A DNA stretch of 64,000 bases from Neovahlkampfia damariscottae (Eukaryota), in assembly GCA_016618085.1 (NCBI GenBank), contig JABLTG010000015.1:124001-188000 (forward strand), read 5' to 3'. The translations under genes were made by a program, and so were the position numbers. The notes under the pieces were generated by a model, which was not told where the DNA came from, did not search any database, and was given only the letters and a program-made list of their open reading frames with translations. Shown one piece after another: positions 49,436-61,205 of the stretch. The first letter of the stretch is position 1. Each line of letters begins with the position of its first letter.

Positions 49436-49681
49436 GTGTATGAATGGTGTTCGTTTGTTTCATTTGTACTACTGAATTATGCAAATATTTATTAACAATT
49501 TCAATGAAGCTTATTCAATGATACTTTAGATGGTGAATCGTTTTAATAACGTTGGTTTTGCTTCAATTTCAAAAAGAAGAGAAATTCAATTTCAATGATT
49601 GATTGGAAGTATCTAACTTTTTTAATTGGTCCATTAATTTTTAAAACAATCACAATTCCTCAAGTTCATTCAGAATCAAAG

Positions 49682-50256
49682 ATGCAAGAAATTGATGGAC
49701 AACCTGACAGAGAACTTGAACAAAAAAAAAGAGCTCAAGAACAATTAAAAAAATTTTACCCGTTCACATTAGTATCTTCAGGCTTATTAGTAAGAAATGA
49801 TTTAATTTTTTTAACACTCAGCTTTTTGCATCAGGAATGATGTTATTCACATCCATGATGAGAATAAACTCTATGGATCGTATGCTCCCAGGAATCTTGG
49901 CAAAAAAAACTGGAACCATTGTTGCTCAAATTCCAGAAGGAAAGTTATTTTTTTATGATATAAGTTATTCTGTTGCACCAAATGTAACAAAAGTAGGAAG
50001 ACCTGAAGAAGCTATTGCTATAAATTATAAAATTAACGATAAAATTAATATTTATGTAGGAGATAAAGGATCATTGTATTATCATCAAATTAGAGGTTTT
50101 GAAATTTTCTGGGTATTTATGTTTATTTTTACATTTTGTGTTCCTGTTATTTGTTGTATACCTTGTGTAGGTTTGATTTCAATATCCATTTTTTTATTTA
50201 TTCAACAACATCGAAATAGAAACAAAAATATTGAATTATATGGTGATCTGAATTAA
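49682..50256 (+). CDS. Two-TM hypothetical membrane protein, 1 intron
   Basis: Hydrophobic segments at both ends; GTAAG...CAG intron. Confidence 0.6.
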
Positions 50257-50397
50257 TATGTATCATTAAATTTTATTATTTCTCACTAAAAATTTTCAAA
50301 TTTGACTTCCAATCAATTTTATCCGCCAATCAAATCTTCAACTATTTTTTTTTGTTAATTTTCACTCTGTTAAGTTAGTTAATTCCTTCTCAAAAAC

Positions 50398-51023
50398 ATG
50401 TCGACCTTAAAAGAGTTCAATGAAAATGAAGAAGAGGTAGCTGCTATATTTCAAACTGAAGATGAACCTTTTCAAAGACAAACTGCACAAAGGTTTTCAC
50501 ATATTTCAACAATTCAAAAAGTAAATTTGTGTTTTTGGATGATATGCTGGAATTTACCTCAATTTATAGTTGCTATTGTTTTATGTGCTCTTTACTTCAG
50601 AACTTGTATAGAACAAACGATTTGGATTTTGATTTATGTTTCGCTGAGTATGTTTGAACCGATGATTTTTTTGATGTTTTATTTTTGTCCATATAAGACA
50701 ACTTCATTGCTATCCAGATTAGGTGGCTTCTTTGCTTTTTTAATTAAAGGAGGTAACGTTATTTTATATTTGATTTATTTTTTGAAGGTATTTTGATCTG
50801 GGGCATAATTTGGACAATTTTTTACGCAGAAACTGGATGTGTTCATTTAGTTAGATTAGAGATTGTTTATTTGATTTTAGGTGTTTGTGGTATTTCTTTT
50901 GTTAGTTGTAATTGTTTAATCCTTTGTTTACGAGAGACGTCTTTTCTTGGATCTTCAAATTTAGATTCAATTTTACAAAAAGTACCAGAATGGAGAGATA
51001 ATAAATATACGAATCTTGATTAA
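50398..51023 (+). CDS. Four-TM hypothetical membrane protein, 1 intron
   Basis: Several Cys-containing hydrophobic helices; GT...AAG intron joins the ORFs. Confidence 0.6.
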
Positions 51024-51037
51024 AAAATTAGTTTTTT

Positions 51038-51487
51038 TTATTCTTTTGTTGAAAGCATTAAACTTTCAATTAATGAATAGTCATTTTTTGGTATTTGTCT
51101 CATTCCATTTCTTACTTCAATGCCCCATTTATCTTTATTCTTTATAAATTCTAACTGGTCTAATATGCTTTTGATTGAAACGTCTTTTGTTGATTTTTCG
51201 AAATCAACAGTTCTTCGAAAAAAAGTTCTTTCTGAAATTTTGGAAGTGGTTAGTTCATCACTATTGAATGTTCCTAAAGCTGTAAATGACATCAATTTGT
51301 TTTCTTTGGATGTATTTTCAAATTGGTTTTTGGATGAATAGAAAACAACTTTGTCGCCTTTTTTTGGTTTGGAAATCCATGTTTTCTTTCCATGACAAGC
51401 TTGAGCAAACCCTTTCTCTGTTCCTACTTTAACGTGGTCTTTTGATGCGACAATTAACCAGAACTTCTTTGCTGTTGTTTCTTTCAT
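51038..51487 (-). CDS. EVE-domain (PUA-like) protein, intronless
   Basis: WLIVASKDHV..G...GFAQACHGK...KGDKVVFYS...FTALG...LEFI...WG...R.G signature. Confidence 0.85.
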   Translation of the reverse strand: MKETTAKKFWLIVASKDHVKVGTEKGFAQACHGKKTWISKPKKGDKVVFYSSKNQFENTSKENKLMSFTALGTFNSDELTTSKISERTFFRRTVDFEKSTKDVSIKSILDQLEFIKNKDKWGIEVRNGMRQIPKNDYSLIESLMLSTKE

Positions 51488-51713
51488 TTTGTTTTTGTAA
51501 AAGGTTGTTTCATTGGTTAAATAGTTTAACGTATTTTCCAGAATATAAAATGAATGGTGTGCTTGTTAAAAAAAGATAAAGTCCAACCTGAAAAAAAGGA
51601 TATCAACTCACTGTTAAAATATTTTAGAAAAAAGTTCAATCAGTCAGAATTCAAAAATACAACATCAAACACAAAATAAAAACATGAAAGTGAATATCCT
51701 TCTGAAGATTTAG

Positions 51714-51878
51714 GAAAATGAATTTTTAAAGTTGAAGAGTGGTGTTTCAAAAAGAAAATTTTTATCTCATTCAGGTGCTACTAATCACATGACTAAAAAA
51801 GCAAGTGTTGGCATGGAGGAAAATTTGGATATGACTTTTTTTGAAATCAAATTCAGAACAAATGGTAAACAAGTGTAA
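51714..51878 (+). mobile_element. Possible degenerate Ty1/copia protease fragment
   Basis: Start-less frame encodes KFLSHSGATNHMT, resembling copia W..DSGATxHM with Asp changed to His. No LTR or other domains seen. Confidence 0.35.
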
Positions 51879-52021
51879 TTTTTTTTAATGAAAAGAGAGT
51901 GAATTTTGGCCAAATGTAAAAATTTCACCATGAAAAACTGGACCAGAACAAAATTCTTTTTAGAACAAAAAGAAATCAGAAAAATAATAAATAAAACTCT
52001 TCTCTTGTTCCAATCAAAACC

Positions 52022-54230
52022 ATGAAACAATTTACCAATCGTCTCATTAAAGAAAAATCTCCGTATTTACTTCAACATTCCAAAAATCCAGTAGATTGGT
52101 ACCCATGGGGTGAAGAAGCTTTTAAGAAATCAAAAGATCTCAACAAACCAATTTTTTTAAGTAAAAAAAAAAAAAAATTAAAACAAAGGCATTGGATACT
52201 CAACTTGTCATTGTAAAAAAAAAAAACAAAATAACAAAAATAAGGGTGCCATGTAATGGAAAGAGAATCCTTTGAAAATGAAGATGTTGCAAAAATAATG
52301 AATGAATGTTTTGTCAATGTGAAAGTAGACCGTGAAGAAAGACCTGATGTTGATAAAGTTTATATGAACTTTGTACAATCATTGACAGGAAGTGGTGGAT
52401 GGCCTTTAAGTGTTTGGATAAGTCCAGGATTAAAACCATTCTACGGAGGAAGTAAAACAAAAGAAAGATTAAAAAAAAACAGCATATTTTCCTCCTGTTT
52501 CAAATTATGGAAGACCAAGTTTTTCAAACATCTTAACTCATATATCAAATTTATGGAAAACAAAGAAAGAAGAATTAGTTGAAGAATCAAATCAAATTTT
52601 AGAACAATTACAAAAATCAACAAAAAAAGTATCTTTAAAGACACCTTATGAAACACCAGATGAAATTTTAAATCATGCAAAAGAAGAAATCATGGAAGAA
52701 TATGATTCTAATGAAGGTGGTTTTGGAACATTTCCAAAATTTCCAAGACCTGTTATATACAATTTCTTGTTCAGAATATCAAATTTAGACGATGATTTAT
52801 CAAAAGCATGTTTATTTACACTTGATAAAATGTCACAAGGTGGTATGTATGATCATATTGGAGGTGGTTTTCATAGATATTCAACAGATAAATATTGGCA
52901 TATTCCACACTTTGAAAAAATGATGTATGATCAAGCACAATTGATTTCATCATATTTAGATGCTTATCAAATAACAAAGAAGAAAATTTATTCTTTGAAG
53001 GCAAAAGAAATTTTACAATACTGCTTGAATGAAATGAGATTTGAAAATCGAGTTTTTTTTTCTGCTGAAGATGCTGATTCTTTACAAAAACCAGAAGATA
53101 AATATAAGTTAGAAGGTGCTTTTTATGTTTATACAAAGCAAGAAATTGATGAAATTTTGAAAGAAAACTCTGTGAAATTTTGTAAATTATTTGGTGTTAA
53201 AGAAAATGGAAATGTCAATCCAACAAGTGATCCACATGGTGAATTGAAAAATCAAAATGTTTTGTACTTGAAAAATAATGATTCTGATTCAAAGGATATC
53301 AATGAAATGAAAAAATTATTATTTGAATTTCGTTCAAAAAGACCAAGACCTCATTTAGATGATAAAATTTTAACTTGTTGGAATGGTATGATGATTTCTG
53401 CTTTATCAAAAGCATCTCAAGTTTTCAACTCAGATACTTATTTAAAAGATGCATTGAAAGTTGCAAATTTCATCAAAACAGAATTATTCAAAGATGGAAT
53501 ATTGTATAGAGTTTATCGGGAAGGACTTTCACCAATTGAAGGATTTCTTTCAGATTATTCTTTTTTAGTTAAAGGATTACTAGATTTATATGAAACATCT
53601 GCAGATTTGAATTGGTTAAATTGGGCCATGGATCTTCAAGATCAACAAATCAAATTGTTTTATGATGAAAAAGAAGGTGCATTTTTTGACACTAATGGAA
53701 AAGATAAATCAATTTTAATTCAATCAAAAGATTGTAAGTCACTTGTTTTTTTAATAAATTTCATAGATTATGATGGTGCTGAGCCTTCAGCTAATTCAAT
53801 TGCTTTAATGAATTTGATTCGTTGTCATGCTATTTTGAAAGATGAAAAATATTTGAAATTATATAAACAATCCATTCAATACTTTGATATTTACATGAGA
53901 AAAGCACCTACTGCTGTTCCTGAAATGTTATGCTCATTCAAACAATACTCCAAACCTGGTAAAACGATTATCATCTTGTATTCATCAGATACTGATTTTA
54001 ATGATAGTTTGAATGAATATTTGAAGATTATTCATTCAAAATATATGCCTGATAAATCAATTATTTTTTGGAACAAAAAAAATTCAAAAGTTGATCAATT
54101 CTGGATGGATAAATTGGATTTTATGAAAGATGCAAAATTGATTGATGATAAACCAACGATTTTTGTTTGCGAAAATTTCAGTTGTCAACTTCCTGTCAAC
54201 TGTGTTGAAGAACTTCAAAAAATCTTATAA
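52022..54230 (+). CDS. SPATA20: SPATA20/YyaL-family thioredoxin-domain + six-hairpin protein, 4 introns
   Basis: [58 protein letters not shown]. Confidence 0.93.
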
Positions 54231-54737
54231 ATGTTTTTTTATTTCCTTCATGGACATGAACAAACTTGTCTGATTGATAAATTTAATGATGTTGAAAAAA
54301 TTGACTTGAATTTCTGGATTCTTTCATTAACTGTATTTTTTTTTGACTATTTCCATCAATGATATACAAAGACAAAATGATGAGGTAAATTTCATTTTCA
54401 ATAAAAAAAAATTTTCATTTTACAATTTTCTTTAAGTAAAATTTCTTTTTGATGATTTTTTTATTTGTTTAATTTTCTTATTTGGTTTTGAACATTATTC
54501 ACTCTGCAAGAATTAAAAAAAGTTGATGAAAATGAATTATTTTTATTGGTCAAACTGATTTTGAGAAAATTTAACTTGCAAGAAAAGTGCTTATTTATTC
54601 ATAAAAATTATATTAAAATTACTCTTAGTTCAAAATTGAACCTTTTTGATTTTCGACCAATAATTTCCTTTATATAAAAAATCTTTACTTTGACCAATCG
54701 ACTTGCTTCACCAAAAAAATTTCTATAAAGTTAAACA

Positions 54738-55763
54738 ATGAGCGTTGCGTCTGGAAAATCTAACGTTTTACAACCTACTGATTATGATATGCAAATGATG
54801 CTTGCATGTGAAGTTCACCAAGGAAGTAAAAATCTTGAAAAACAAATGGAAAAGTATGTTCACAAAAGAAAACAAGATGGTAAGAATTTAAAACAAAGTT
54901 AACCAAAAAAACAAAGGAATTCACGTTTTAAATCTTGCAAAAACATGGGAAAAATTAATGTTAGCTGCACGTGCTATTGTAACTATCGAAAACCCAGCTG
55001 ACGTTGCTGTTATCTCATCACGTGAATACGGACACAGAGCTGTTCTCAAATTCGCTCACTATACAGGAGCTCATCATATTGCTGGAAGATTTATGCCTGG
55101 TACATTTACAAATCAAATTCAAAAAAATTTTGTTGAACCAAGATTAATCATTGTTACAGACCCAAGAGCTGATCATCAGGTAAATACTAAAACAAGTTCA
55201 AAAAGTCAAATTTTCTTCTTTTTCTTTCAAAGAAGGTCTCAAATGATTACAAACAAATAGTTGCTACTGTTGAACCAAAGATGTAATACAAAAAATTTCA
55301 TAATGATGTTACCTTTTGTTGAAAGAGAAAAAGTTGAATTTTTGATTTTTTGAACTTTAAGAACAATTTCTAATACTTTTTTTAGGCTATTCGTGAAGCT
55401 TCATACCAAAACATTCCAGTTATTGCTTTCTGTGATGCTGATTCACCACTTAAATTTGTAGATGTAGCTATTCCATCAAATCAATCATCAAAACAATCAA
55501 TTGCTATCATGTACTGGTTATTAACACGTGAAGTTTTGAGATTAAAAGGAGAAATCTCAAGAAAAACTCAATGGGACGTCAAACCAGATCTCTTCATGTT
55601 TAGAGAAGAAGAAGAATCAAAACAAAACAAAAAAGAAAACAAAGAAGATGAAGTTGATCAAACTGTTGCAACAGAAATTGTAGGAGGAGAAGGAATCGAA
55701 GCAACTGAACAAGATGATTCAATGTTCGCATCTTCAGAAAATACAGAATTTTTCCAACAATAA
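54738..55763 (+). CDS. RPSA: 40S ribosomal protein SA (uS2); introns 54880-54916 and 55180-55385
   Basis: [56 protein letters not shown]. Confidence 0.98.
55194..55357. repeat. Imperfect inverted repeat (about 45-nt arms) flanking the snoRNA
   Basis: AAGTTCAAAAAGTCAAA...TCTTTCAAAGAAGGT (55194-55237) is complementary to ACCTTTTGTTGAAAGA...TTTGATTTTTTGAACTT (55311-55357). Confidence 0.85.
55238..55310 (+). ncRNA. Intronic box C/D snoRNA, SNORD76/snR24-like guide
   Basis: C box ATGATTA (55243), guide ATAGTTGCTACT, D' TTGA (55270), D box ATGA (55303), enclosed by a long stem. Confidence 0.8.
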
Positions 55764-55890
55764 ACGTTTATTAAATTTTTAAAATCCTCTTAACTAAGTT
55801 GTTTTCTTTTTTTTTTTTTGCACTCATTTGTTTTTAAAAAGTTAATAAAACAACTTTTTCGTTTTTACAAAGTGATTGGATAAATTTTCA

Positions 55891-57847
55891 ATGTCCAGTT
55901 TACAAGGACCTGATTATGTCATTGTAATTCTGTACTTTGTAGTTTTGTTGTTTGCTGGTCTCTATAGGAGTGTTTCAAAATTTTTAAACACAAATAATGA
56001 AGAAACATCAGTAAAAGAATATTTTTTAGCTGATAAAAGTATGTATTGGATTGCCGTTGGAGCATCACTTTTTTGTTCAAACATTGGTTCTGAACATCTT
56101 ATAGGACTCGCAGGAACAGGTGCAAAGTCAGGTATGTGAAAAAAAAAATTGACATCAAACAAAGGACTTCCAGTTGCTTGGTTTGAATGGAGTTTTTAAA
56201 AAAAAAATGTTTAACATCTCCAAAGGTGGTCCATTCACAATTATTGCCTTAGGTTATATTTTCATGCCTCTTTATTTAAAATCTAACATTTATACTGTTC
56301 CACAGTTTTTGGAATTGAGGTATGGAAAGAATTTAAGATTTGCTTTCGCTATTTTTTCAATTTTTAGCTTCATTTTCACAAGAATATCAGTTACTATTTT
56401 CACTGGATCTATTGTTTTTGAATCAATACTCGGATGGAATATGTGGACTTCAGTTGGAGTTATTCTAGGAACTTCTGCATTGTACAGCGTTATTGGAGGT
56501 TTACAAGCTGTTATTATAACAGATTTATTACAGAGTGTAGTTTTAGTTTTTGGATCTGTCATTTTATTGATTATATCGATTTATGAAGCAGGTGGAATTT
56601 CAACAATTTATTCGAAATCACCAGAGAAATTTCATTTGTGGAGACCAATTACAGATCCTGATTTTCCGTGGTTAGGAAGTATTTTAGGTGTTCAGATCAG
56701 CTCTTTTTATTATTGGTGCACAGATCAAGTAATCATTCAAACAGTTCTGAGTGCGAAAAATTTAGGCAATGCTCAATCAGGAACATTACAAGCAGGTAAA
56801 AATCAAAAGAGAATTAATAAATAGGATACTTGAAATTACTTAGCCCTTTTACAATGGTGATACCAGGAATTATCGCACATCAATTATTTCCCGAAGAAAT
56901 TGCACAAAATTCAGATTCAGCTTATCCATTGTTAATTGTAAGATTGATGCCTGTTGTATTCAAAGGATTAATGATAACAGCGATGCTTTCAGGTAATTTA
57001 ATAAATTTGAATAATATTCCAAGCCGCAATGTCCAGTTTAGCAAACGTTTTCAATTCATCAGCAACAATTTTCACAATGGATATTTGGACCAAATTCAGA
57101 CCAAAAGCGTGAGATAAAGAATTTCTAATTTTTAAGAAAGGATGGTGAATTATTGTGGGTTGGAAGAATAGCAACATTAACGATTGCAATTTTATCAGTT
57201 GCTTGGATTCCAGGCATGAAATTATTGAGTGATCAAGTATTGATTGCTCTTGCAAAAGTGGGATCATATACAAGACCTCCAATAGCAGCAATCTTTTTTG
57301 TAAGATTTTGTATGATTAATATATTTTCCAGGGTGGTATATTCTTCAAATATACAACTTCCATCGGTGCATGGTCCGGATTAATTTGTGGTCTATTTCTC
57401 GGTTTTTGTAGGTTCATTCTTGAAATGATTTTCATCTCAAAAACTGATAATTACTTTTTGTTGGATTATTTTATAAGGTTCAATTATCTATTATTTGGTT
57501 CTTGTCTTTTTTTATTCACACTTTTTGTGATGTTAATTGGAACTATATTAACACCAAAATCATTGAGACCAAATTTGAAAGATGTGGAGAAATATTGTTT
57601 TAATTACTCAGAGATATGGAGTTATGTTTCTTGTAAATCACTAAGGATGAAATTCAAAGGTGAAATCAATAATTCCGAAGAAAGAAATTTAACAGAGAAT
57701 GAAATGGATCACCCAATTGATGTTGAAATGAAAGATGAGTCAGAGATAAATGGATACATGTATGTTTCTATCATTCATAAATATGCCAGATTTTTGATAA
57801 TTCCACTTTTTATTAGTGTCATTTCAATCATGATAATTTTTGGTTGA
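55891..57847 (+). CDS. SLC5 sodium:solute (glucose/inositol-type) symporter, 6 introns
   Basis: YFLA...[48 protein letters not shown]. Confidence 0.93.
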
Positions 57848-57983
57848 AAAATAAAGGTTTATCAAAACCCATGACTTTTTTTTTTTCGATTTGTCCTGAA
57901 GTTTGGGTAGTCAAAGGAGGAAATCTAAAAATAAAAATAAAAATCTACTTTATTTTGGACCAATCAAACAAATAACAACTTCG

Positions 57984-59836
57984 ATGACTGACAACAAAGA
58001 AAAGAATTACCTTGAAAGTGAGAAATTTGGTGGAAATGGAGGATCAAATTTTGAAGAGTTATCAGATAAAAAAATAATTGGTTTCAATGTTAAATCTGGT
58101 CGATTCTTAAATAACATTCAACCAGGTTTTTTTTTAAACACTTTTTTAACCAAAACCCAAAGTATTTGAAGGTGATATAAAAGGTTCTACTCATGGTGGT
58201 GGTGGAAAAACCAAAACTTTCAAATTAACCAAAGGCGAAGAGTTTACAAAAATAAACATAAAATCAGGTTCATTGATTGATGCCATTCAATTTGAAACTA
58301 CAAAAAAAAAATCTGAATGGTTTGGAGGTTCAGGTGGTGGTTTATCTTCTTTTGATATTGAAGGAGATTTAGTTGGTATTCGTGGTTCAACAGGTTCTTA
58401 TGTGGATTCACTTCAATTTATTTGTTTTCTTGGAAATATTTCAACACAATTGACAGTATTAAGTGATGAATTAAAAAAGAGTTTCAATGATAAATCACAT
58501 TCTGATGTTAAAATTACAGTCAATGATGATACAGTCTTTTATTTACATAAGCTCATTTTGATACAAAGGTTTTTTCATTTTTTATTAATACTTTACAAGT
58601 CCTTTCTTTGAAAAACAATTTAAAACTTCAAATGAACTATCTCTAAAAGTTGAATCTGTTCCTCATTTCGAACTACTTTTAGAGTATTTGTACACTGGAG
58701 TAAAAAAAAAAAAAAAAAATTAACAAAAAGGTTTTTGTCTTTGAAGACTCTAATTATATGCAAATGTTAGTTTTAGCAAATGATTTTCAAGTTGAACCTT
58801 TAAAATTATCAGGTTTTGAGTATATAATCAAAAGAAAATGCAATGCAAAAAATGTATGTAAACTTTTAATGGATTCCAAAAAAGGAGTATTTTCAAAACT
58901 TGACCCAGATGATTTAATTAAAAGATGCATGGTTTTTATTCAAGAAAATACAGAAGAAGTTTTTAAATCACCTGATTTTATTCATTTAGATCATGAATTC
59001 ATTCTTTCAATGATCAAATCTGATGATTTGGATATAGATGAAATTGATATATTTAGAGCAGCTTTGACATGGGGCAAACATCAAAAAAAAACAAGAAAAG
59101 ATGAACCTATGGAAAAGATTTTGGAAAAAATATTACCACAGATTAGATTTGTCAATATGGATGGTGCTGATTTAGTTCATTATGTCAGACCTTCAAAATT
59201 AATCGATTCCAAACTCTACCTTCGAATTTTAGAAGCTCAAACTGCCCCTGAAGATTTTGATTTAGAACCATTACCTGAAATGAAACAAAGAGGTGGTAGT
59301 AAATTCAAATGGGATATTAAATTTCCAGCTGGAAATAATAATGATTTTAAAGTTGATTCAAAAGGTTTAACTATTGAAAAAATAGGTGGTGGATCACAAT
59401 GGACAAATGGTAAGTCTTTATTTTAAAAACTTATTTTTTTTTAAAAGCAATGGTATATGGAGATAAAAAATTAACAAAAGGAATTCATTATTGGGAGATT
59501 AAGATTCTCAACATTCAAAGTGATAAGAGTGGAACTGCTATTGGTTTAGCTGAAAGCAACGTAAATAAAACTCAATTTTCTTCAGATCATACTCAAGGAA
59601 TGTCAGGAAGTTCTTATTGTATGAGTGGTTCAGATTATACAAATGGTAATAATGGTGATACTGTTGGTATTTATGTAGATTTTAAGAAACTCAAAGCTTA
59701 TTGGTTTATTAATGGAAAGAAATTATCTGTTCATTATGATTTGAAAAAAGGTCAAAGTTATTATCCTGTGATTCATATTTATTATTTGAATAATAAGTTT
59801 CAGTTGTCATTTCCAAAGAAACCAAAATTGAAATAA
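57984..59836 (+). CDS. Jacalin-like lectin - BTB - BACK - SPRY/B30.2 protein, 4 introns
   Basis: FGGNGG/FGGSGG and GSYVDSLQF (jacalin); HSDVKI...LHKLIL..SPFF (BTB); SDDLDIDEIDIF..W (BACK); GIHYWEI, GDTVGIYVD (SPRY). Confidence 0.85.
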
Positions 59837-60090
59837 AGAATTATTATTATCAACTATTACTTTGGTATTTGTTTTTTCGTAAACTTGAACGACACAGATA
59901 GCAATCACATTTCAGATTAATTTGTTTGATTGTTCAACTTTGAATTGACCAACATAATATGTTCAAAAACAGAAATGGATAAATTGTTTCAATTAATTGA
60001 AAAATGAAAGAATTATTTGAGTTTTTTTTTAAACCATCAGATTTCTTCCAAAAAAGACCAATCAACTGTCTTTTTTTTTTTTCGTCAGTG

Positions 60091-61186
60091 ATGAACAGAA
60101 CAATTTTTAACCAAAGACAAATTTTGAAAGAAATTTCTAAAAACTATTCAAAAGCTGTAAAATTCCATCAACATGGAAATGCTTTAAAAGTCTGCAAGTA
60201 AAAAAAAAAAAAAAAAAATTTAACAAAAAAAAAAAAAAAGAGTTGAAGATTTTGAAATTCCAAAATTATCATCAAATGAAGTATTAGTTAAAATGGTATC
60301 TGCTCCTATAAATCCTGCTGATTTAAATATGATTGAAGGTAATTATGGAACTTTACCAAAATTACCTTCTTTTGCTGGAAATGAAGGTGTCGGAATTGTA
60401 GAAGAAGTTGGTTCAAATGTATCAAATTTAAAAAAAGGTCAAAGAGTTATACCATCTTCAGCTGGTTTAGGTACTTGGAGAAACCACGTTGTTGCTACAG
60501 AAGAAGCATTTTCAAAAGTTTCAGAAGAAATACCAGTTGAATATGCATCTATAATTGGAGTTAATCCATGCACAGCATATCGTTTATTACACGATTTCGT
60601 TAATTTACAACCAGGTGATGTTGTCATTCAAAATGGAGGTAGTTCAATGGTTGGTCATGCAGTAGTTCAAATAGCTAAAAGTATGGGCTTAAAAACAATT
60701 TCAATTATTCGTTCAAGACCAGAAGAAGGACAAATGGTTGAACGTTTAAAACAATTAGGTGGTGATGTTGTTGTTACAGAAGAATATGCTGCTTCTCATC
60801 AAATGACTAAACTTTTATCTGATTTACCAAAACCAAAATTAGCTTTAAATACAGTTGGTGGAGATTCTGTTAGAACTTTAATTAGACATTTAGGTGAATC
60901 ATCTACTTTAGTTACTTATGGAGGTATGTCACGTAAACCATTGGCTATTCCAACTTCACCTTTTATTTTTAATGATTTAACTTTAAAAGGTTTTTGGTTA
61001 TCAAAATGGGTTCAAAATAATTCAAAACAACAAAGAGAAGAAATGATTTCAAAAGTAGCTGATTTAATTAAACAAAAGAAACTTGTTTTATTTATGCAAA
61101 AACATAAATTTGATGAATTTCATTATGCTTTGGAACAAACTCAAATTCCATTCCAAGATAGAAAAATTTTACTTGATTTTGAATAA
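60091..61186 (+). CDS. MECR: Mitochondrial trans-2-enoyl-CoA reductase (MECR/Etr1), intron 60198-60240
   Basis: APINPADLNMIEGNY, GNEGVG, VNPCTAYRLL, LVTYGGMS, GFWLSKW. Confidence 0.93.
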
Positions 61187-61205
61187 AGTTTTTGAAAAAA
61201 AATTT

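Noticed and set aside
54231..54720. C-box-like ATGATGA in the spacer upstream of RPSA
   Set aside because: No terminal stem or recognisable rRNA guide, and no convincingly placed D box.
61092..61205. Apparent CDS overlap of the A2M ORF with the MECR 3' end
   Set aside because: The extension (KNKKKFFFKNF...) is low-complexity read-through, probably from a shifted stop in an A-run.
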